DNA of 62,970 nucleotides, the filler included, from Streblomastix strix (taxonomy: Eukaryota), in assembly GCA_008636045.1 (NCBI GenBank). It is 4 parts of 4 records of this genome, joined end to end, with 100 filler letters (N's around TTAATTAATTAA, not from the genome) between each part and the next. Parts side by side here need not be neighbours in the genome. Positions count along the whole stretch, not along the records: positions 47,323 to 62,970 come from SNRW01000953.1; 3 more parts are not named here. One strand, written 5' to 3'. Positions 53,001 through 62,970 of the stretch are shown here, one piece after another. The notes under the pieces are model-generated. The model did not search any database, was not told the DNA's origin, and saw only the letters and a program-made list of their open reading frames with translations. The translations under genes were made by a program, and so were the position numbers. Every line of letters starts with the position of its first letter. The first letter of the stretch is position 1.

Positions 53001-54405
53001 ATGTAAAACGAAAATAAATTGTATGAGGATGTCCTTAGCACTTTTGTAGGTGAATAATATCAAAGGGAAGAATATGAATTTGAAGTGTAATAAACTATTG
53101 ATGATAAAGCATATAAAGTTCATTATAAAATGAGTCTATCAGAGTTCATCAAAAATATCTTTTAAATTGCAAAGAAAAAATATATCGATGCAACGGTAGA
53201 AAAAGCAGATTAAATAATTATTGGAAAGCGAACAGTGGCAGATTTCTATTACTATTATATTTCAGTTTAAATGTAATATGAACCTATAAAATAAACAAAT
53301 AAACAAAAAAAATAAACAAATGGAAAAAGAAGCTTAATAAGCGGCTTAGACATCTAGCCAGTAATCCAATAAACCATTTGCAATCGTTTATGGAGGTGAT
53401 AAAGAAAATATGTCCTACTTTCCTTTCAAAACAAAATTGAAATAATTTGAAAAAATAAATAAACATAAATATGCTAATAATCAATATTTGCCAGTGAAAG
53501 ATTATAAATTGAAACCACTATAAAGACTATAAGGACCTTATTTCTCTCCAAAGTTAGGGAATTGGGAAATAGACATAGTCTTTTCTGTCTTTTTAGACTT
53601 GCAGGGAAATAATGATGAATATGATGATGCTATCTTTGAATAAGAAGAAATAAGATATGGAAGAAAAACAAATATATATTTATTTTGCATAAATATTAAT
53701 ACTAAATATTTAGTTATGTATCCATTGATAGATAAATAAGCCGCATAAGTAGTTGGATATTTGCAAAAATTAATAAAAAATGATTACGTAAGTAATATTC
53801 GTGGCGATGGAGAAAAAGGATTTAATGGTTCTTATTTTGCTTTATTTTGTTCAAGAAATAAAATTAATGGTTATTTCACTGATTCAAAATTCACTAATCA
53901 TAATTGAATAGTCGATTCAGTCATTAGAACAATAAAGAAGGCATTTGGTTATAAATTTAATTAATTTTCAACGAATCAATAAATATAAATAGGCGTTGAT
54001 ATATACAATAATACACCACATCTTGCGTTTCAAAATAAATATAGCCCATATTAAGTTCAATTGTCAAGAGATTTAGAAGGATAATATATACGTTCATAAA
54101 TGAAGAAATTAGAGCGACAACTAGCAAGATAACGATAAGAGGGCATATTATCTTTTAAGGCAGGAAATATAATATTAATACATCTTGATTTCTAAAAAAC
54201 AGAATAAAAATTTATAAAGTAAAGGAAAATTTTTAATTAATTAGCGGAGTTTATTCGATATCTGAATGGTAATGTTTTATGTAGATTATTGAATCATTCA
54301 TATAAAATAAATATAATAAAAATATTTTCATAATATTGTAAATATGTAAGTGAAAATAAAGAATCCATACCAGAATATTATACTACAGAGTTTTTATTTA
54401 GGTGA
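53001..54405 (+). pseudogene. Polinton-type retroviral-like (rve) integrase; frameshift near 53310, TGA near 53905
   Basis: PYFSPKLGNWEIDIVF, YLFCININTKYL, NIRGDGEKGF, NHN*IVDSVIRTI, YNNTPH. Confidence 0.88.
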
Positions 54406-54457
54406 AATAAAAATAAAAACTTATTTATATATTTTTTAATTTTTTATCGAATAATAA

Positions 54458-54739
54458 ATGACAGCTATTGAGACAATCAACAAAACAATCAACGAGACAA
54501 TCAATGAAACAACATAAACAGATTCATTTAATTCAGCAAAATAAGGACATCCAAAAAAATATACCGATAAAGAATAGGCAACGATTGCTGCTAGAGAACA
54601 ACGCAAAAATGCAAGAATTAGAAATAAATAAAATTAAACAAATTATGCTTCTAAAGTCAATGACATGTAATAATTGATAATTAAAAAATTTAAAAAAATA
54701 ATCGTGAATATTATTGATATGATAACAACAAATGAATTG
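54458..54739 (+). pseudogene. Small AT-hook-like protein after the integrase, 3' truncated
   Basis: SAKQGHPKKYTDKEQATIAAREQRKNARIR; homologous to 62533-62853 up to ~54739. Confidence 0.65.
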
Positions 54740-55520
54740 TAAATAGAATCAAACTCCTCAATTACGCTCTAAATCAATACATCATTTTATTCTCTGTTTC
54801 CACCTCCACAACCAATAACGCTATCCAGAACACAAATAAATCCAAGTGAATTCAAAATAAATGCTTTATTATAGCATCCATAGTTCTATAAATAACGACT
54901 TAAACAATTTATGCTCTTTTATCGAACTATTACAGATTCTTCTTCATTAAGATTTTTCATAGTTTCTCCGTTCTGTTTGTTCTAAGATAATGCATTCAAC
55001 AAATTGATTAAATCAATATTTAGAACAGTAACTTTAGTGTGGTGATATTACTGTATAATAATAGATTCAAGAAGAATAAAAATTTATGCAACTTAATCAA
55101 AAGATGTATTGAATATATTTTGAGATATATTTGATAAATAAAATTCTAATAGAGATTAAAGATGATCTGAAATTTTGTGTTTCTTTATAGCATTATCTAT
55201 ATCTGATAATTAATTATTAGGAAAAGGGAGTCGAAATTTGAAGTTCAATGATTCTGAGCAGTTAATATGAAGAAAGGATATCAATTATTCATATTTTTTG
55301 CGTTGCTCAATCAAATATTTATTAGAAGAGTTTTCAAGTGCATAGTTCAGAGCTCTTAATGATTTAATTCCAATTTTAATATTTGATTCTTACCATTCAT
55401 TTTACTGTATGTCTTAACTTTAACCCATCTATGCTGGATCATTAAATTATTTAATGAAATTTTTGAAGAAATATAAAGAATTTAAATATCTCATTAAATT
55501 CATAGTCACTATTATTCTCT
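54740..55520 (-). pseudogene. Fragment of a host ARM-like family gene
   Basis: ISFLHINCSESLN and VIGCGGGNREQNDVLI motifs; cut at the junction with the Polinton-like copy. Confidence 0.6.
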
Positions 55521-55799
55521 TTCGCTTTTTTGATGCAAAAAATAATACGAGAAAGTTATAACATAGTATATGAGAAAGGAAAATCATAATTTATCCAATT
55601 ATTATATTATTTTTTAAATCCACTAATTATTTTACTTGAAACTTCTTCAATATTCATATCGAGATCAGATTAACTAAGGACATAAGTGAGTTGGTTTTAT
55701 TTTCCAGGCTCTGAGAGTGCAGCTCCACGTTCAGCAACAAGTTCAATCAGATCGAGTGCATGTTAAAATCTTTTGAGGTCCTTTCCCCAGATTTACCAT

Positions 55800-57790
55800 C
55801 TCAAACCATTAAAGAATTTTTCACTTTCAAACCACTTTAAATGTGAACTTAATTTTAAATTTAATCCGTTTGAATTTGCGTTGATCTTGTTTCTTCAGAT
55901 TTTCGTTGCTCCAACCAAGCATAAGGGATTGAACGTTTTCGTTTACCGGCTCTGTGTACCATATCTGGCCTGGTCATAGTAGAGCTATTATCATTGCTTC
56001 GATCTGTTCTTCTTTGATCTTCTTCGGAACTGCTGGAAGGAGAAGGATAGGAGGATGAATCCATGGAAATTCTTTCTTCCATGCTTGATTGAGAGCATCG
56101 ATTGCTATTTCCTTGTGTCTTCTTATTGTTGATATGAATCTTGGTAGTGGATTATTGAAGTGTTGTGAGAATAAGTCTATTGTTGGGTTCAAGTTCATCT
56201 GAAGACATGTCTGTTGAAAAATCTTCTCCTTTTGTTTGTTGTTTCCTGCTCTCGACAGTCAGCTTAGTGGGTCTGCTATTTCGTTTTTTAACTCCTTGGA
56301 GGTGAATATTCTGGATCTAAATTCTTAATTCTCCAATTGTTTAGTGAAATAACATTAATTTATTTAATAATGATATTGATGTTTTCCATTTCCAATTATC
56401 GAAAACAGCTGTACTTTTATCGCTTCTGATCGCTAGGGATTAAACTCGCGAATTCTTTAAGACTTTGGCCAAACTTCGTAAGCCTTAAGTTATGGCTTTA
56501 ATTTCCTTATTGTTTCATATTAATCTCGCTTATCTTTTATTCCAAGTTCCATGAGCCATTGCTATCATTTCCAGTTCTCTCTCTAATATTGAACCCTAGT
56601 CACTGGGTGCTGTATCTGTTGTTATTGTCATTTGTGGTGGTATCTGTATCAATTACGCAGGAGTGTTCGCTCTGAGTTTTGTCACCTATTAATTTATATA
56701 TGGAATTGCTGTCTTATTCATTATAATCATTGTATTCAATCCTTTCAGTCTTGCTGCTTATACTTTCTGATGGTCCATTGTGTTCAGGAAGAGTGAAGCT
56801 TCTTAGAATTACAGTCTTTGAAAGTATAATTTCATAATTAATTTATCTGTTTGTTTTACTGTTATCTCTGTTCCTGTCTTTATCCATCTTCTCACATTGT
56901 ATAAATCGTGTTGGAGAAGTAACCGCTTCTTCGGTTTCGTGTTAACCATTGCATTGGTCAGGATCCATTCGTATCCTAGAATAATTACTGTTTGTTTCGG
57001 TTCTGTCTCACACTTTTCTGTATTTATTGTGAACCAGAAATATATCAGTGCTTCTATTATTTTCTGGATTATATTCTTTAGATACTCCTTGTTTTAATGA
57101 ACGGGAATGATATAGTCTGGATAATTGACTATTTTAATCTCAATCTTCATTTGCATTTGCAGCATTATTGGCTCCATTGCTGTAGTGAGGTATATTGGTG
57201 AGTGTTTAGTTCCAAATGGCATTGCTCTATAAGTGAAATTGTTGTTCTAGAACACGAATGCTAGGTATGGCTGTGATTCCGTTTGAACTATTAGGTAGGG
57301 AAATATAGAGGAGAGGTCCAGTGAAGTGCTCCAATCTCCAAGTATATTTGTTTGTTTCACCTCGTTCGAATCGTGCATCTTGAAGTGGAAATCTGCGATC
57401 TCCTTATTCAGTGTTTTCGCATCCGGTATCTTTCTCCATTTCCCATCAGCTTTCTTTATCATGAATGTCGGGTTATAACATTTGATCTGTTCCTTTCTAC
57501 TCGGTATTACAATATTATCTTTCAATTCTTCTTCTAACATTATCATGTACTCTTCTGCTTCTTCTTCCATTCTCCTGAGTTTCAGAGTCTTTAACTAACA
57601 TTGTAGCTCGTTAATGCTCTAGTTGTTTTTCCACTTGAGGGTAAATCATTATTGGATGAAATCTTTTTTGTTAATTGTTTCTCATTGTTCCAAGTATCTC
57701 GCAGTCGGTCCCCCCATTCCTGTCCAATATATCTTCATAACCATTGTCGGCTTCACGGCTCTCAATATTTCTGCCCTCCATTCTTTCCTA
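55800..57790 (-). pseudogene. pol: DIRS pol: reverse transcriptase, RNase H, N6-adenine-MTase-like domain
   Basis: YNPTFMIKKADGKWRKIPD, SLDLSS, RAMPFGTKHSP, decayed YxDD (NYPDY), ITTDTAP, IRSDKSTAV, IDLFS...DALNQAW...WIHPP...WPGQIWY (first W is TGA). Confidence 0.85.
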
Positions 57791-57799
57791 CTTTCTTCC

Positions 57800-60700
57800 T
57801 TAATCAGTACAACTGTTCCGGCTGGTCAATCTCGGAGTCGGGTACCATCACTATCTGATTCTCGGAGTTAGATCCTTGTTTATATTTTTTAGATCCTGCA
57901 CTTGTCATGTTTCCTTTGGAGTGTTTTGCGGACTTGTCTTTAGTAACTGGGGCTACACATACCTTTTTTCTCTGCTCCTACCGGGGTGTGAAGTGGTTAA
58001 TAGTGTCGGAGTTGGCTCTAGCTTCGGGACTCCTTAAGGACTTATTGAGTATGGACTTTGGCTGGTCTGTTTTATCTCTGGAGTCATGGCAGTTGGTTGG
58101 CTATATCATTTGTTTGGGTACTAAAAATTTCCTTTTAACATAGATTAATTCCGGAAGTGTGATGATTAAGGATGGCTAGCATTAGGATTATGAAATGTTT
58201 GGATTTCTTAGTTCTTGTTAGGGACGGGTTATGTGAAGTGATCCTATCCCTTTAAGTTTAGTGTTTCCATTGTCTTGAAGTTTACTTTTATGTTCATGTT
58301 AGCTTTCGTTGTTTTATTATTGTCTTCCGATTCTTTTATCATTAGCTTGTTAACTATTGTTTTCATTGCCAGTGTTATCGATTGGTTGATGGTTTATGAG
58401 TCCATTTTCGTTGGATTCTGCCTTTTACTGCGTCCCACAACCGTTTCCTCCGATTTCATCTGTTCTATTTACATTGTGAAGTGGAGTATTGACGGATATT
58501 TTTATGACATAGATATCGAGATTCACTTCTCCGATGACAGAAGCTAATAACTGCGTCCCACTGTCATTCCTTCCGAGTCCATTGTTTTCATTAATGAAGT
58601 GCTTAGGTTCGATTGCATTCTCAGATTAGTCTTCATCTGCATTGTCATCCGATCCATCAGCTACGATTCTTTCTAGTTCGTTTGTTAATTACTCTTGATC
58701 ATTACTTTCTGTTATTGATTATATGATTTGTTCTGCAGTGAATACGATTAAATCTATTACTACTTCAAGTATTAATTGGTAAGTTTGAGGTGTATATTAA
58801 TGAATCCAGTCACTCCATCGCTAATGTTTAGTAATCCTGGGATGTTTGATCCTTATGGGAGATTCGTCCATGCTTTGAGGTTGTCTGTTAGTCAAAGATA
58901 AAAGTTGACTACAACCTCGCGTATGTCCCCATCAAATTAATTCTATTGTTCTTCTGAGAGATTTAGGTCTTTAGGTCTGGGTATTGGTGTTGAACGATAG
59001 ATATTAGTTGGATAGAAGAAAACAGGACCGTCTTTGTCCAGATACTCTATATACCATCCTGATAACATGACATTGGGTTTCTTCTTTTCTTCTTCAATTA
59101 TTGGCTTCATTAATTCATGAAACTTTTCAACTACATCCATTAGTCATGCATATTGTAGTAATTTTGATTATTTCCGCACGATTTCTTTTTCCTTGTGTCC
59201 TCGTATTTTTCCATGGGAAATTGTTCTTAGTATAGCTAATGTTTCTTCCAATAAAGGTGACGGTGAGTGTTGTTGAGGGTGTAGTGAAATGGACTTAAGT
59301 GGTGTATTGTGATATGGACTTATTTAACTTTAGTTTATGTTTAAATTTGTTTGAATATTTGAATCAGATTGAATGAGTGAAATGGGATTCTTTAGCTCTG
59401 AACGCCATTATATCTAGCTTTCGTTTACTTCCGGATCTTTTTACATTTGTGATTGTTGTGGTTGGGATTGTTATTGATTCTTAGTCCATTGTTTTCTTAC
59501 AAATTTGATCTGTTTCTCTTTCTCTATTTATCTGTGGCGTTCATCATTTTCGAATCAGTCCTCATCTCCATCGGTTCATAGGGTTATATGATTTCTTTTT
59601 TCTTGTCCAACATTCTTATATATATTAACTATTACTGCTACTGCTGCTACTACTACTACTTTGTTTCATTTTCGCTTCTGCATCCAGGATCGTCTTATAT
59701 TTTCTTCTTTTTTTCATTCCTTCCCAATCTGTTTCGCATATTCCTTCTCCCTTTCATATATAATAACAGATTCGTTTCTCTTTGACATATCGTGGGGGCT
59801 ATGAGACTTGTTTTCCTTTGATAGAAAGTGTGGTATGTTAATTTATTCCAATAAAAAGCCTGCGTCAGACCAAAACTCTCTCCAATCTCTAAATGTGAAA
59901 GATTTCCGCGTTGCAAATTCATTAAACCATTTCGAGTTCTTGTGTTTGGTCACACTGGGATCTCTCATTAAATCGTATCCTCTATTTTACCATGCTCATT
60001 GCGCTGTTTCTATGTCACTCTTATGTAGTGCTAAGTGTGTTATTGTTATTCTAGATATTATTTCATTCAGAAAGTCTTCCTCTTCAGATTTATCGGTTTT
60101 CTTGTATATTTGAGATATTGATCTATTACTCTGTCTCTGATTTAAAATTCTCTCTGTTGTATTACGTTCCAGAGATATTCGAGAAGTCCATTGTTAGGAA
60201 TATGCCGGTATTTGTGGAATTAATATATTATTTATATTTCTGGTTGCTGTTCATTTAAATCTCGGTCTTTTAATTGTCTGCGTTGCTGTTCGTTCTACTT
60301 ATTGAATCGGTTGAATCGCATTTTGTTATCTCTTACATTTTCGTTACTTGGAAATTGGGGTTCGTATATTTGTGTTTACGTTGGGTTCATCGTTGGTAAA
60401 AACGGATTCAGTGGTGAAATAGCTGGGAACTGAGTTAATTAAATTGGGAATTGCATTGGCTACCCTGAGTTTTGGAAGAGATATTGTACCGGCTATTAAT
60501 CTTACATCTACTTTTGAGGGGGTTAGTTGTAAAACGATTGAGTGGTGTGTACGGATTCAGGCTCTACTGTTGTAACTGACTATAAAATAGTAAAAATGCT
60601 ATCAGTTCGGTTTCCGGCGTTGGTTTCTTAGTGAAATCTTGAGTCCATTCTGATGGAATTATCTCTGGCTTGCACCTGATTAAATTTATTACTTGCTACG

Positions 60701-61450
60701 CTGTTAGTTTCTTTATTTCTTGGTCCAGTTCTGCAGTGAAGCCTATAATTCTCGTTATTAATGTACCTACAAGTGTTGGACGTGCATCTTCAGTTTGGAG
60801 TAATGTTCGTAACGACCTCAGCATCTACCTGTTATACCCTGGATGTTTTACTATTGACGATTGTACTTTCAGTAAGTTCCCTTGTTTCATTGTGTCCATC
60901 AGTGCTCGCGTAATGTCTACCTAGCAAATCGTGTCGAATATGTTTATGAACGAGATTAAATTGAATTTCAGAGTTGCTATCCAGTCTCGTTTCACGATCT
61001 ATGTTAGTGTTCCCAGTAGCAATCTGTACTGTAGCAGTAATTTCATTTCCAGATCTGCTAGGATATGATCGAAAATTAGCATCGGTTGCGCTGGTGGATT
61101 ATTGTGTTTCGGCGGTCTCCTTCGCGTCATAAAGTTTGTGGCTGCTCTTGCGCATTTTCTAGCTTCTACGAGTAGTTCTTTTGACGGTTCTTCCGCGAAA
61201 AAATCGATCTGCGACGTTTCTTGACCTGTGAGTCCAGCTAAGAGTGCCCGTGCTGCTATTTTCGCGTTCTGTGGTATTTTTTCTGTAGTCGCAATTGTTT
61301 AATCAGGGTCCAGTGGGTCAATCTCAATGTTCTTGCGGTACGCATTCACAAACCTCGGTTGCGGCTGTGCAGCGGCCTGAAGCGGGTATTGCGGTATTAA
61401 GTTGGCGAAAGTTAGTGTCCAGAACGAGTCTCTTCTCGGAGGACGTTTGC
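57800..61450 (-). pseudogene. Long gag-like/accessory ORF region of the DIRS-like element (several disrupted frames)
   Basis: e.g. AKIAARALLAGLTGQ...LEMKLLLQYRLLLG (61280-61000), MDVVEKFHELMKP...GWYIEY (59140), poly-Q from mixed CAG/TAG (59630-59660). Confidence 0.55.
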
Positions 61451-61899
61451 TGGTATAATAGGTACAGCAAATCATCCATTCTTTTGCAGTTTTTAAAATG
61501 GCACCCCATTGTAAACATTGTTTGGGGAATGGCCAGAAGAATCACTTCAAATAGTTGATGGCAATCACTTAATAATGGTGAAGTTATTGGATATAATATA
61601 TACACTCCTCAATTCCTAAATTGGGACTATTGGTAATATACTTTAACTTTTTCAACCCAATAATTGAAACAAATTGTAAATATATTTTGCTTAAATTTTA
61701 GATCATATTTGCATTTATTTATTACAGACAATACATTTATTTTACTATTAAATCAAATTAAAACTTGAACATTGAAACTCTATAATTCTTGATTTTTGTG
61801 TTTACCTTTGATTTTTATTTTATATTTTATATTTAAATTTGGGGATGCCAACCCAACCACCCAGAGCCCGACCTACCCACCCAACCAAGTAAAAACGAC

Positions 61900-62193
61900 A
61901 GTAGTTATGAGAATATGGAGAGTGTCCCACATAGAAAAAATAAAATAAATAATGTTAATTAAAATTATGATTATAAAATAATGAAAATAAATAATAATAA
62001 TAAATAATAATAAATAAATAATGTAAAATAAAAATATACACTTGATTAAAATTATTGTTTGAAAATTATGAATTTGATTAATTGAATTGATTAATGAAGT
62101 TGATTAATTGAATTGATTAATGAAGTTGATTAATGAATTGATTAATGATGTTGATTTTTGAACGTATGGCACTCTCCATATTCTCATAACTAC
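61900..62193. mobile_element. 294-bp MITE-like element with 25-bp inverted repeats
   Basis: GTAGTTATGAGAATATGGAGAGTG (61901-61924) is inverted at 62170-62193; interior is AT-rich with TTGATTAATGAA tandem repeats; no TSD found. Confidence 0.6.
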
Positions 62194-62532
62194 ATGGTAA
62201 AGTTGATGGAGTTGGTTGATGGATTTTATAATTGAAAACCTAAAATTATTGGAGAATTCAATGATGAATTCATTAGTGAATTTTGAACATAAAATATATG
62301 TGTTTTATGAATTCATTGATGAATCCGTTAATGAATTGAGTGATGGATTGGGTGGATTGAGTCGTAAACATTAATGGATTTTATGAAATTGGCCCGAAGA
62401 AATGGAGTGAGTATTGAATGATGGATTAGGTGGATTGGGTGGACTGTGTGGACCGAGTCAAAAACTTCTATAAAAAAGAGCTGCCTGCCTGCCATTCTGC
62501 CAGAAGTGAGAAAAAATAAATAAACTAATTAT

Positions 62533-62853
62533 TCAAATGTTAATATCATCGTTGATATCTTCGTTGATGTCTTTTTTATTGTCATATTTTTTAATCAACT
62601 CATTTATTGTTATCAAATCATTAATATTCACGATTATTTTTTTAATTTTTTTGATTATCAATAGTTGCATGTCATTAACTTTTGAAACATAATTTGTTTA
62701 ATTTTATTTATATCTAATTCTTGCATTTTTGCGTTGCTCTTTTGCTGCAATCGTTGCTTATTCTTTATCGGTTTATTTCTTTGGTCTTCCTTATTTCGCT
62801 GAGGCTGTTGATTCCGTTTATGTTGATTCATTAACATCTTTACTATCTGCCAT
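62533..62853 (-). CDS. Small AT-hook-like protein (106 aa), intact copy
   Basis: MADSKDVNESTQTESTASAKQGRPKKQTDKEQATIAAKEQRKNARIR...DDINI-TGA. Confidence 0.7.
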
Positions 62854-62902
62854 TTTAATTTAAATAAAAAAATGAAAAATATATAAATAAATTTTTATTA
62901 TT

Positions 62903-62970
62903 TCATCTAAATAAAAACTCTGTTGCATAATATTCTGGTATAGATTCTTTATTTTCACTTACATATTTAC
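62903..62970 (-). CDS. 3' end of another integrase copy, cut by window end
   Basis: KYVSENKESIPEYYATEFLFR-TGA, nearly identical to 54338-54405. Confidence 0.8.
   Translation of the reverse strand, partial: KYVSENKESIPEYYATEFLFR

Larger units (their letters stand above)
55620..61640 (-). mobile_element. DIRS-like retrotransposon, degenerate, tyrosine recombinase not found
   Basis: GC-richer block with gag-like 5' ORFs and RT-RNase H-methyltransferase-like pol. Boundaries approximate. Confidence 0.8.

Noticed and set aside
54750..55520. Expected DIRS tyrosine recombinase
   Set aside because: Translation gives host ARM-family motifs (LHINC, GCGGGNREQND), not R-H-R-Y recombinase motifs.
58426..58590. 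Direct repeat ACTGCGTCCCAC at ~58428 and ~58550
   Set aside because: Only two short diverged copies inside a DIRS ORF; likely an internal coding duplication.
62070..62155. Short tandem repeats as a CRISPR array
   Set aside because: No unique spacers and no cas genes; a simple minisatellite in eukaryotic DNA.

Overview
The window is four unrelated ~15.7 kb contigs (1-15685, 15786-31459, 31560-47222, 47323-62970) joined by artificial 100-bp N44-TTAATTAATTAA-N44 linkers. The DNA is AT-rich and eukaryotic, with short GT-AG introns and a non-standard code (TAA/TAG = Gln, TGA = stop), so the supplied ORF track breaks up every real gene. The gene families and code fit an oxymonad such as Streblomastix (inference). 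Contig 1 is mostly a decaying endogenous Polinton/Maverick-like virus: protein-primed PolB with an internal HNH domain, candidate major and minor capsid genes, two phage-tail-fibre-like genes, and a small amphipathic peptide resembling adenovirus pVI. Contig 2 holds host genes: several ARM-like paralogues, a CK1-like kinase and a truncated serpin. Contig 3 has pogo/DDE-1 and integrase remnants, a 1.29-kb duplication carrying two different RNA-like cassettes, a PB1-domain gene and a kinase-ARM gene. Contig 4 has a second pPolB, a retroviral-type integrase with D-X35-D instead of D-X35-E, AT-hook-like small ORFs, a DIRS-like retrotransposon and a 294-bp inverted-repeat mini-element. All translations were done by eye, and family assignments without clear catalytic motifs are inferences.
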